A stretch of 64,000 nt of DNA from Perna viridis (lineage: Eukaryota): positions 24,266,704-24,330,703 of the forward strand of contig CM074521.1 in NCBI GenBank assembly GCA_037379345.1. The letters run 5' to 3'. Below the pieces are notes generated by a model that worked only from the letters and a program-made list of their open reading frames with translations, ran no database searches and was not told the origin of the DNA. Below, one piece after another: positions 14,070-25,400 of the stretch (position 1 is the stretch's first letter; the number at the start of each line of letters is the position of its first letter). Made by a program: the position numbers and the translations under genes.

Positions 14070-14490
14070 GGTATTGTTGGAGAGTCTACTTTGTGTTCAA
14101 CACTTCTGATGGACATAAGGCCCATATCATGGGACCCTTGTTGGATGTGAATGGTGATATCAGCATGTGGTTGAATTGGGGGATCCCCTGTGTTTTCATC
14201 ACCCTCGGTCGGCATAAAATCTTTCCATGGGACCGCTCATGTTGTGAATGGGAATACTTGGTGGCATTGGAGAATCTCCTGTGTGTTCGTCACTTTTGAT
14301 TGACATAACTCCATTTCCATGGGACCGCTCATGTTGTGAATGGGAATACTTGGTGGCATTGGGGATCTCCTGTGTGTTCATCACCCTTGATGGCAACGAG
14401 TCCTTTTTATTGGACCTTTCCCTATTCAAATTATTCTGAGAAAAGATATCTGGTTGCATTGGGGGATCACATTTGTGTTCATGCATCTTT
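14070..14490. repeat. Imperfect tandem array of about 90-bp units (about 5) inside the Gypsy element
   Basis: TTTCCATGGGACCGCTCATGTTGTGAATGGGAATACTTGGTGGCATTGG occurs at 14222 and 14314 (period 92). Diverged units lie near 14070, 14125 and 14450. Confidence 0.8.
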
Positions 14491-15542
14491 CTTAGTGACT
14501 TCAAAGCCTTTTGTCCGACTTTCATGATAGGCTAGAAGTATTGGGATAATGTCCCTACATGCTGTTGCCCCAAAGAAACATTTTCCTACTTCCTTATTGT
14601 TGTTTAAGGACTTAAACATAAAATGAGGGTGACTTCTGCAGAAGTGTCCACTATTGCCGACACCACCTATCCCTAGATCTTAATTGGGATTCGTAACATA
14701 TTCCTTCCCACTACATGCCGATATAGTCTCAATTTCCCCTTTATTTCCTCCATCTTTGATTTCAAACCTCCCGCATGGTTTATAGAATCCTCCTGCGCCC
14801 ACCCCTCTTCCACCCCACCAATACCCTGTCCACTAAAGTTCCATGGTCTACCCCGCCCCCCACAAGTGATCCCCTTCGTCATCCTTGCATTTCATTTTTG
14901 GCTTACCAAGATTTATTCCGAGGTTTGGGGAGTTGGGGTCCCCGTATGCTCCTTATCTTCGCCCCATTTCAATCCTTTCCTCAACTCTTCAACATGATTC
15001 TTTGCTATTAGGTGAACCTCATGAAATACTTCTTTGTCTCCGTTGGAGTCGTGTGATAATGTATAGCTACCTGGGCTCGCTGATCTGAAATACCCTGTCA
15101 TGCGCTGGTTAAATTCGTCACCTACGGCTGAACTAGAGTTAAGTGTGCTAACTACTTCAGGACTGATAGACCGGGTCACCCGCACGCCTCTTTTGGATAA
15201 AGGACTGTGATGAAGGGTTTGGCCTGACAAGCAGATCTTGGTGGAACCTCTGGCTGAGTTGGGTCTTTTCTAACTTATGTCGGGACTGCCTTGTACGGCT
15301 TTGGCCCTTCCTAGAGAAACTGGTCTAGGGTGGGTAATTCTACCAAGCGATTTAGCCTCGGCTCTGGGTTGGGGGTTGAATTTTACCATAGGTTGGACCC
15401 TCTTGGAACTAGGTGACTTAATTATCCTTTTGGGGCCGAAGTCATTCTGGAGAAATTTGTCTCTCCCGGTTGTATAAATTGGCTTCATGGTTGGGTTGCT
15501 TCTTTAGAATGGACCCCTGCCCCGTCAGTGTATTGCCTGGCC

Positions 15543-16109
15543 TTACATCTTCCCTACAGGTGTGATTTTTTTTGGTTCTGGGGTCGGGCTCAGGTCTCGT
15601 GACCTGTTTAACCGCTTGTTGGAAAAACTAACACTCTTTGGCTTTGGGGATTCAGGACTGCTATTGAGACATTCCCTTTTAAAGTGGCCTTTCTGCTGGC
15701 AGTAAAAACAGTTGCTCCCTCTAGAGGTTGGGGAAGGGCTCCTAGAAACCGGGAACCTGGGTGGGCTAGCCGTATTAATGATCAGAGTTTTTAACTCCTC
15801 GATTTTCCCATCCTGGCGTTCAATTTCATATTTGCAAGGTGCACGATTTGCTTTCCCTCCCCCTTCTTCAGTTACACATACTTGGGGCGGCTCTCCCCTC
15901 TCTGAGCGGGTGTTCCACCCTCGTTCTGGACCTACCATATTAAATTCCTTTCTAGGCCCCCTACCGTATATAGCTTGATGGTTGTAGTGAAACCAGCGCA
16001 TTTTATCAACTGCTTCTTCAATGCTGGCGGGGAGAATATTTAAAACGTAGCTGCCTGCTTCTTTGTCTGGGGTACCCTGGCAGAGTTTGAAAATTGCCTG
16101 CTGATACAT
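15543..16109 (-). pseudogene. Gag fragment with CCHC zinc knuckle
   Basis: Cx2Cx4Hx4C motif CFYCQQKGHFKREC. The flanking frames are shifted. Confidence 0.8.
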
Positions 16110-19100
16110 GTTGCGTTCTGGGAGGGACCTGAATGCCTTTTTTGAATGAGTTAATACTCTGTCTCTCTAGTCTTCGAGAGGACTCCTCTTGGGCTTGTCG
16201 GGAATTGTTAAACTGCACTTGGACTGTCTCTAACGTTTCTCTAACTTCCAACATCGATTTCAGATTTTGTTTTATGTATACACTCAAAACACATACTTGG
16301 TGTTATTCAGCAGTACGTGTAGAAAACGACACAGAAATGAACAATTAAAGATACTGGTACAGAATACCAGTAGAAAAGTGATTAAACATACTTAATGACA
16401 TATCATAACTTGTCGGGTATTTTGTTATGAACATAGGAAGTATTTTTATAAAACATTTCAAGCTGCATTAGCTGTCATTTCGTAAATTTTTGTTTCTGTT
16501 GAAATATACTTCAACTTTGAATTATTTCTAATAAATTGCATTTTTCCTGTATAACTTCATTTGATATCTACAAATACAATACATTAAATACATGAAATAT
16601 GAAACATGAATATATATTTAATGTCTTGCAAGACAAAAAAATCGACGTAGATAAATTCGTATGCATGTGACTTCTGGTGACCTTAATCCGCGCATGTGCT
16701 GTAAGGGTCGCTTCTTTAATAACAAACATGATTGCAAAGCGAAAGTGGTTATTCGACGGTAAGGAAGACCGACAAACTCAAGCCTTAAAAGAAAAAAGTT
16801 CGAATATAACGCAAGGATCCTTTTGAAATTTACCTGTTGTGATATAATGTAGCTCAAATATGGTCATTATTTATTTGAGAACTAATCAAGAAGTAGATGA
16901 AATGAAATGAAAGCAACACACATGCTTACCTGTGCATCCCTTATTGTTATTTTTTACAAAGGTTAAAGTATTTTCAACCCAGGTGAATGTCCTGTCGGCA
17001 ATCTTCGGAAGTAATGGCGAAAAATAATCAGATCAGAACGTCGGATTAAAAAAACGTTTTCACTATATTCTGTAGGTACATGTATTCGACATTTATTGCT
17101 TCAATTGCATTACTACTAACTCATTTCATAGAATCAGCAAATTTCAGTAGAATCAAAACTGAACAAATTTGGCAGCTAATACGGTTTTAACATAATTCTA
17201 AGACGGGCTAATAATAAAAAGAACCAAAGAAAACACTTAAAACCTAAAATTAGATTATGTACATGTTTATGAAATGAGAAAAGCGAACTTAATTAAACTG
17301 ACCAGATGCGCCGGGAGGGAAGTGCACAACATAAAACACAACAATTTTTGCAATCGGGTGAAATTCGGTGTCATTACCTTTGCAATTAATTAGAAAAAAA
17401 ATTAGCAATGGAATATATAGAAGACCAAACCTCTTTGCATGTGCATCTTTACTGTACCTACATCTTAGATGTTTAAGTATTGTTAATGTTGGTGGTACAT
17501 TCGATCGTTAATAAACAAGCGCTATACTATATCAACTGATTGTTACATCTTGGACGTCACCTACATGACATTCGCATTTAAAACTTTTGTTATGTAGCGT
17601 ATTTATTCACTTATTTTTTTTTCCGTGGTTAGTTTGATATCTTGTTTCTAGATAGGAATCTATCGTCTATGTAGAAAAATAAAAAAGAGCTGAAGTTCAG
17701 ACTTCCCTATTCGAAAATTAGACAAGAAAAGACAAATGTTATCCATCATTCATCTGCATTTGGAGACAACTAGACGATGTTGTGGATTGGTATCGTCTTG
17801 TTAGCTATTTTAATCCGCACTTAAAGGAACACATATCTGGATAAAAAAAGATGAAGTATTCATAAATTTTAAAAGTTGCCATGGTAGAAATACCGAATCC
17901 ATTTCGTTTGTAGATGATGAAATTTCGTGATGAGAAAAGTACACGACAAGATGCAGCCGAATATATATGCATACAACAGTAATAACATGCGATAGATCTG
18001 GTGTCGTGTTGGTTTCGCCAGTTTGTATCATCAGGTAAAGTAGTTATTGACATATTTGACATATTAAAGACCATGACCAAGCATGCGCATCGAAGGTACT
18101 TTAAGAATTGTGTATGACGTAGAGTTCATTAAATTAGCATTCTTTTTTTTCTTTTCTTTTTTTCCTTTTTTTTTTTGGTGGTCTTGAGGTATTGGTAAAT
18201 GAAACAACCAATTACAGATGTATGCTCCATGTCGGGCAAAATTCTATTTTTCACGAGTTTTATAATTTTCTTATTTCATATGTAGCAAAAATATATCCAG
18301 CTGTTCTTTTTTTTTTTTTTTGTCTCTGAGTTTTAAAAGGGGCCTTTCACCTTGAAGCAAAATCATGCCTAATTCCAATCCACATATGTACAATAAGCAC
18401 TAAAAGCCTACGTGATTTGTTCACGACAGACAGGACGATCATATTGAGAAAAAGTTCAATATCGAACCTCTCTTATTATTCAGATACGTATCATGTCCTC
18501 GTGTTTATTCAATATACATCTATCAAAGGTCTACGAAGTGAAAAACAAATATCAATTAAGTTCAGAAAACAAGCAACTAATGGACAAGCTACAAACCAGA
18601 TTAGGATCAAATAGGAAATATTACAAGTCATGATTCTTTAATTGACCTTTCATATTTACTGTTAGAGGATAGATAGTTTAATAACATCACATTCTATCGC
18701 CCCGGTAAACAATAATGAAAGGGGAATTATCGATATATATTAACACGTACATCAGGTGGTGTTAATGGGTTTCCATGAACAGGTATTCATAAAAGAAAGG
18801 CAGTTCTGATGGCTTACTGCACATGACTGATAAAAATCAATGGCAACTACATGTTAGCTATAGGCTAACAGGAGCGGGTCAAGGATTTCAAGTTAGGAGG
18901 TGCGGTGTTACATGTAATAGAATAAAAGGCCGAAAAAAGGAAGGCAAGAACATTTTAGTTAGCCATGCCAAAAAACAAACAAAAAAAATTGTTCACAATT
19001 TTAGGAGGTGTACAACGACACACCCGTCCTTTGATCTGTGAATAGTTAGAAAGGCATTCAAAACTCAGTTATGAAAAAGATAAAACAGAAATGGCCGACG

Positions 19101-19604
19101 GGGTGGTGGTGGGACACAAAATAAAAATAATCGCAAAAAACACTTATATCGAACCGTGCTCTAGGAGCACAGGTAGGCTAAACGTTAATCCAACAACCAA
19201 ATGGAGCCAGAATTTCCAACCTACACGTAGTTCGCTATCCTCTTAATTTCCTGCTTTTTATAACTCATCTAGTGACATATAATATCGGCAACAAGTATAC
19301 TAGTAAAACAGCGTCGCTTTACTACAATGAACAGACGAGTTTACCCGACGACTAAACTAAAACATCAAGTAGTATGGGAACAGGACTACCTCTCTTTCCG
19401 GTGTCTTGCAAGAAACAGGAACTGTTGATCATTACGTGGCTCTCGAGTTCCCCCCAGATTATTTGTTGGCTTCGTGCTGCTTGGTTTTGAGTATATTTTA
19501 ATTTTCCCTCTTCCTTGTTGTTCATCGTTATCATCTTACATGTTCTCGAGCGTGGTTGTGTACGTTGTGTTAACGCATTATATTTGGAAGGTTACACTGC
19601 AACA

Positions 19605-19705
19605 TATTTATCTTGGATGTAACATGCTTTCTGATTGGATAAATAATTTTGTTCATTTAGACCAAATTTTGTTATGTGACCGTGGCGTCATCAAACTTTT
19701 TCGAT
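19605..19705. repeat. Dispersed repeat fragment with an inverted copy at about 45620-45720
   Basis: GTAACATGCTTTCTGATTGGATAA..TAGACCAAATTTT here versus AAAATTTGGTCTA..TTATCCAATCAGAAAGTGTGTTAC at 45654-45710. Confidence 0.55.
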
Positions 19706-22397
19706 GATTAATTAAATTGTTATACTAAAATTAAATTATAAGTATTGGCTGTTGTATTTCTTTGGTCTAGTTGAAATAACATCAATGTCCGTGGTGCACA
19801 CTCTAACCTGAAAAGATCTAGAGATATATTCTATGCTAGATATCAATACTATTAAGCGGTTTGCTTAAGTATGACGTGTATTTAATATCCGCTTTTTTCA
19901 ACTTTTATCGTTTTGTAAATTAAGGAAACACCAAGCCCCGAAACAGTGTCTGACGTTCGAAATTTACTCTAGAAGAGACGGAACGAACGTTTGCCGCTGC
20001 ATGGCGCTTAGGAGGACACTAACATAACATGTTCTACGGATGTAAAATAAAATGTGCTATAAACGATACTATCTGTCTGACCAGAAAAAAAAAAACAAAA
20101 CAGATACCTTGGGCTAAATCCTTTTGCGGTCTCAAAATGAATTAATAAGTCACATTCCCCAAATTAAATCCCAGCCATCCTTTTGTGGTATGGCATCTCA
20201 TTTAAGATTTATCCACTAATACTAAAGTTAAAGGGACATGAAATGCCTACTGTACACCAACGATGAGGACATCGTCATAAAACCACACAATTAAAGGACC
20301 GCAACAAATGTTTCTGTGACTTTAATGGCATCCCTGAAGAAACAGTACTTATGTAAAATTTGTATAAATATTTTATTATTTCAGCCTCTTCTGAAGCTGT
20401 ATTTTTACATATTTAATTAGAATATTAGGTGGGATTTGCTTTAACTTCTCATATAATACAAATTTTTAACAAATAATTATTTTCATAAGAACCAATAACT
20501 ATTTGCATATATTTAAGTATCTGAATACATGGATAATTTTTTTTATATTTACAAGAACTAACTTTTTGGAATGACTGTATTTTTGGAAATGTCCCTTTTC
20601 TCGGAATTTCCTACCCATTTCTAACAAGTGGGAGGCTTCTCTATATCACAGGGTTGAAGAAACTAATTTCACCAATTTTAAGCCAGTAATAAAAAATTTA
20701 CAATTCACGTGACTTTTAACTGGCCGTGATTAAATTTTTTTTGAGTTTTCCCTGCCATTTTAGATTTCCCCAGTTTTCTATAGATTTGATAAGAGAAACC
20801 GATTCTCTTTCAGCCTAATCTTGATTAAATTTATCTCTTCACTTTCTATGGTAAAATCGAAATTTGAATAATAACTAATTTAGAAACAATATAAATCATA
20901 GGTTTCATTTTTCCCAAATATGAATTTGTTTTAACAACTAAACCTGATTTTATAAACAAACAAATGCAAAATTTTGCAAAATCCAAAGTAACATACTGTT
21001 AAAAAAGAATAAAAATTGTAAATTCTATTTGAAAAAGTGGGGAAAAAACAGGTCAGAACAACACCTGACACATTCTTACACATTTCTTTCCCAACCATGT
21101 GATTAGAAAAAAACCCATTTTCCACTCACGTATAGATACATTTGTTCTCACTAAATACTGGAGTATTGTATAATCTAAGTAAAAATATATACTATACAAT
21201 TACATTAAATATCAACAAGTATCACAGGTGTTAAAATATGTAAGTTTTCATATTTACAATAGCTACATCATTCATAATTGAAATGAATATAAAAGGAGGT
21301 AAAATGTACCCCTGTGGAATGAAAAATAGCACAAAAAATATTTGCCATACATGTTCAAAGACATATAAGCTTCAAAATATAACCTACATGATTTTACATT
21401 GCACATTTTACTGCCAACTGGCCGTACTAAATGAAATAATACAGAGAAAGACATCAAAATGATGATTTAAAATGTGTATATCAAATCAAATTTAAAAAAT
21501 CCAAAGTATAGTTTATTTTGCCTATAATGTAAAATTTTGATATTTTAGTATTTTTAAACATTTTCATTTGAATGAAACTTATTATGTAAAGACAAATTTT
21601 CCATATTTGCAGAAGTTTAAATTTTAGTACTTTGTGTAGAACTTAAATATAATGCAAAAAATACTACACTTGACGAAAAACAAATCTAAATATAAAATAA
21701 ATGTTCCCTGTATACAACAGGCCACTAGTATTAACATGAATTATTTGTAGAGTAAACATCAAGTTTAATGTACACCATTATACAATAAGATGATGAAAAG
21801 CTAAATGCCATAACAAATGGTGCTAGTTTCTTTTGATAGTCTTCACCTTAAAGACTTTAAAACTCTGAATGTTCTTATCGAAATTTCCAGATGCGGCCAT
21901 CCCGTTTTTTTCCTTCAATAAGTCTTGAAGTAAAATATCAAGATGCAGAAGCAACATGTCAGCACCTTTCATTATTTTACTACATTGTATAATCCTTCAA
22001 ATTAAAAAAAGTCATAACCCTGCAAGAATAAGCTCAACGAAAATTTGTATGAAATTAAGTTGACATCATATAAAAATGATAAAAAAAACTGCAAGTCACA
22101 TGACTATACACCAATACTTCAGCAATACTGCAGCTTTACAATATGCTATTACATTTGACAGAAAATATGGTCAGTTCTGAACACCTTTAACTGTCCTTGT
22201 ACATTTCAAACACAATGCTTGATTTCAATGTCTATCTAATGCATTTTTACAGATTAGAGACTGGAAAGCCAGTCAGACATTTGGCTGACTTTGATTTAGT
22301 AAACACAAGGGACATAACTCTTTGTAAGAGTAGACAACTCTCATGTTTCTTGTAGCACCATAGTAAGTTATGCAGGTAAAAGTAACAGCAACCCAGG

Positions 22398-22439
22398 TCA
22401 TGGAATTCCAGAATGCCAATGGGTTTTGTTAACAGGTAC
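22398..22439 (-). CDS. COBL: Cobl terminal coding exon (VPVNKTHWHSGIP*), completing the WH2 MKKV
   Basis: Acceptor ATTTTACATTGACAG|GTA at 22440 and stop TGA at 22400-22398, followed by AT-rich presumptive 3' UTR. Confidence 0.72.
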   Translation of the reverse strand, partial: VPVNKTHWHSGIP

Positions 22440-25400
22440 CTGTCAATGTAAAATAATTCCTGTTTATATGAAATTACAAAAGCAAAAAGGGGTTAAAAAA
22501 GCAAAATTGGCAATTACAACATTTATAGAGCCAGTTGTATGTATTACTAGGTGATTGTGAAGTTGATATTGATGAACACAACAAACAGATTTTCAGATAA
22601 TGTATCTTTCAAAAAACAGAACAACAAAAAAGTAGTTTGAGACTTTGGCAAAATTGGCAATTACCTTATTTTTTTTCCAGAAAATACATTTGTATTGTAC
22701 AGCCTAATAATTGCAAATCAACAATGATGAAATCATCAACAGTGATTTTAAACATTTTTTTTGTCTCATTCAATGAGTGAGCATAAGTGTTAAAATGAAT
22801 TGTTTAGTAATGATAGAAAATGAATAAAATTGGAAAAAAAGCATGCTATAAAAATGCCATACTGAAGAGACCACCTCAAAAGGTAATTTAAAATTATTTT
22901 GAACGTAGCAGACTTTAATCAACATAGAGGAAAAGTAATGATTCGTTACTGTATATTTGTCACATACAAAACTAAAGAGACAGGTGGTTTAAAACCTTGA
23001 GGTAAAATCATTCCATGTAAATATTTTTGAAAATACAAGAAATGTGTGTTTTGAGACAGTCCCAAATACCAACAAGCATACATGCATGATTACAACATTA
23101 CCAATGAATATTAATGTAAGCATCCAAGTCAGTCAAGAGTTTGTTTTGTAATACGTGGGACATTTGTCCTCACCTTTTTCATTGCACTTCTTCCGCCAAA
23201 GTTTCTGATAGCAATCATCAACTCCTCACGAGGGTCCAATTTTGGTTCAAATAACTTTTTAGATTTGCCTTTAGACTTTGGTTTTGTTTGTTCAGTCGTT
23301 GTGGGCCCCCTATTTAACAACTGTAAATTGTTCGTTAACTTTCCATTTGGAAGAGCTGGAGGGGGAGGCACATTTGCAGGTTTTGTTTCAGTCTTGGTTG
23401 TGGTTTGTTCAACAAAAACTTCTTTTTGTAGATTACTGACTTTGCTTTCCATAGTTTTGGGTTGTGGTTGTACATTAAGAGCTTCCATACTATCTTGCAT
23501 TGTCTGAAGCATCTGTTGCTGCATTTGAATTTGTGACTGCAACTGTTGTTGTAACTGACGACTAGTGTCGTCTGCTGGAATTGCTTGAGTGGATGCCAGC
23601 AGTTTTTTGTTCTGCTCTAACTGAACTTGCCACATTGAACATTGTTCTTGTAATTGTTTGTGTTGAGCAGAAAGTGCCTCTTGAGGATCTATTGGGGAAG
23701 AATCAGCTTCTACTCCAGAATCATTTACCGATGCTTTTCTATATGAAGTTTCTTCTACCGTGGAATTTTCTAAATTGCTACTTGTGGATGAAGTTCGGTT
23801 CATAGAATCATTGTCTAATTTATTAACACTTGAATTCATTGTGAACACAATTTCAGTTTTTGAAACTTTGACACTGTCCTTGACTTCATTATTGAGTTCA
23901 ACAGACCCTGAACTAGCTCTAAATGCTGGCAAATTTAACATTGATATTGATTTTGTTTCAAATACATGTTCCACTTCCCCTTCTGAGCTTGGTGAGAATC
24001 CAAGTTCTGAACACTTTGTTTTGACCTCTCCCCTATGACCTCTAACTGACCCATGTTCAGATATCATACTCCCATCATCTGTTGTTACTGTATGTTCTTT
24101 AGTGGGAGTTACAAAACCATCTTCGTTACTTACACCAAAATTTGATTTAATTTCTTCCAATGTAGAAACAGTGTGACGTTTTTCTGGTGTACTTTGAAAC
24201 GGTGGTCTAGATTTTGGTTGCATTTTTGGTTTTTTTCTCATGAGAGAAAAGTCCACTTTGTTCAAGTCATCAAATGTCAGCACAAACTCTTCCTTTTCCT
24301 TCGGCTTTTCAGGTTCTTTGGGCTGAATTTTCTCTTCCACTTTAATCTGAGACACAGGTTCCACATCAGGAATTTTCTCAACCACTGGTTCTCGTTCTGA
24401 CAGAACAATTTCCTCTTTGACAGACATTGGTATTTCTATTATTTCTGTAGTTGTTACCACCTCCTCTTCATCAGGCTCTGTCATAACCTGTCCAGAAAAT
24501 GGAACAATTTCAATTGTCTCTGTAATAACTTCCTCTTCCTCCTCTTCATCAGAATGAGTTACGTCCCCTTTCACATCATTTTTATCTGTAACCTCTATGG
24601 GGGCTACTATTTCAGACTGAAATTCTGGAGGAACTGCATTGATTTTGAAATCATATGTTATTTCAGAGACCTCCCTATTAGAATGTGAGAGCATGCCTGA
24701 ATCAGTAGCATCACTTTCATTCGATTTTGGCTCAGAATAATTTTCTGGAACGTTTTCCATTTCAACAGAATCATTAACACCATCTTGAGGAAATATATAA
24801 ACGGCATCATCTGTTTTCATTTCACTATTTATTTCCTCAACTTCAGCATCGTTTTTGTTTTTAAAACGATCAGCATCAACAGTCATTTCCTTCATCTTTT
24901 CAACAAATTGTGCCATTTCATTCTTATATTCAGGTGTTTCTGTGAAAAGAAAAAAAAATAAACATGCAAGGTTAGTATAATTTAATCACCTGGACCAGGC
25001 CAAACAAACCATTGATCAGTGGTAAAGTTTTCCACAAAATAAGTTTTGCTAGTTTGGTTTTAAACAGTTATTTTGTAAGTTATTACCCATAACTATGAAA
25101 ATAAAAGAAAAAAAGAAATTTAACAAAGAGTAATCAAGGGAACCAATGTTATAGCGGATATCAAAAGAATGTAATCCAGGGACAAAGACCAGACATGGAA
25201 AACAGAGATACACAACAAAGAACATAAAGTAACTAAAATCATACATACAAAGTAACAAAAGCAAATGAGCAACTCGGACTCCACTAAAAACTGGGAGCAT
25301 TGACCAGGTGCACCGGTAGGGTAAGCGTCCTCTGCTTTTCCAGAAACACCCGCCGAGTTGCTCATAAACAGTAAATTCCAGGGTAGACAAACGAGGAAAG

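Larger units (their letters stand above)
12921..16255 (-). mobile_element. Internally deleted, decayed Ty3/Gypsy-type LTR retrotransposon: gag, protease remnant and 3' LTR; no RT, RNase H or integrase core seen
   Basis: Gag ORF 15543..16109 has CQGTPDKEAG..WFHYNHQAIYG and the zinc knuckle CFYCQQKGHFKREC. Protease motif AIVDTSAEVTLI lies at about 14622-14657. PPT and LTR are at the left end. Confidence 0.8.

Noticed and set aside
14021-14527. Repeat/spacer pattern as a CRISPR array, or Cys-rich WDRSCCEWEY peptide genes
   Set aside because: The context is eukaryotic, the units are about 90 bp without unique spacers, there are no cas genes, and the array lies inside an LTR element.
18869-19045. 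CAGG-ended MITE-like stretches (also about 49343-49530, 59445-59660 and 6900-7070)
   Set aside because: They are too degenerate to define TIRs or TSDs from the sequence alone.
23265-24400. Plus-strand ORFs overlapping Cobl exon 9 (also those over exon 5, exon 8 and gag)
   Set aside because: They are antisense shadows of real coding sequence.
23129-24916. The 595-aa ORF as a stand-alone intronless gene
   Set aside because: It is bounded by a strong phase-compatible acceptor and donor and supplies the WH2 of the Cobl gene.
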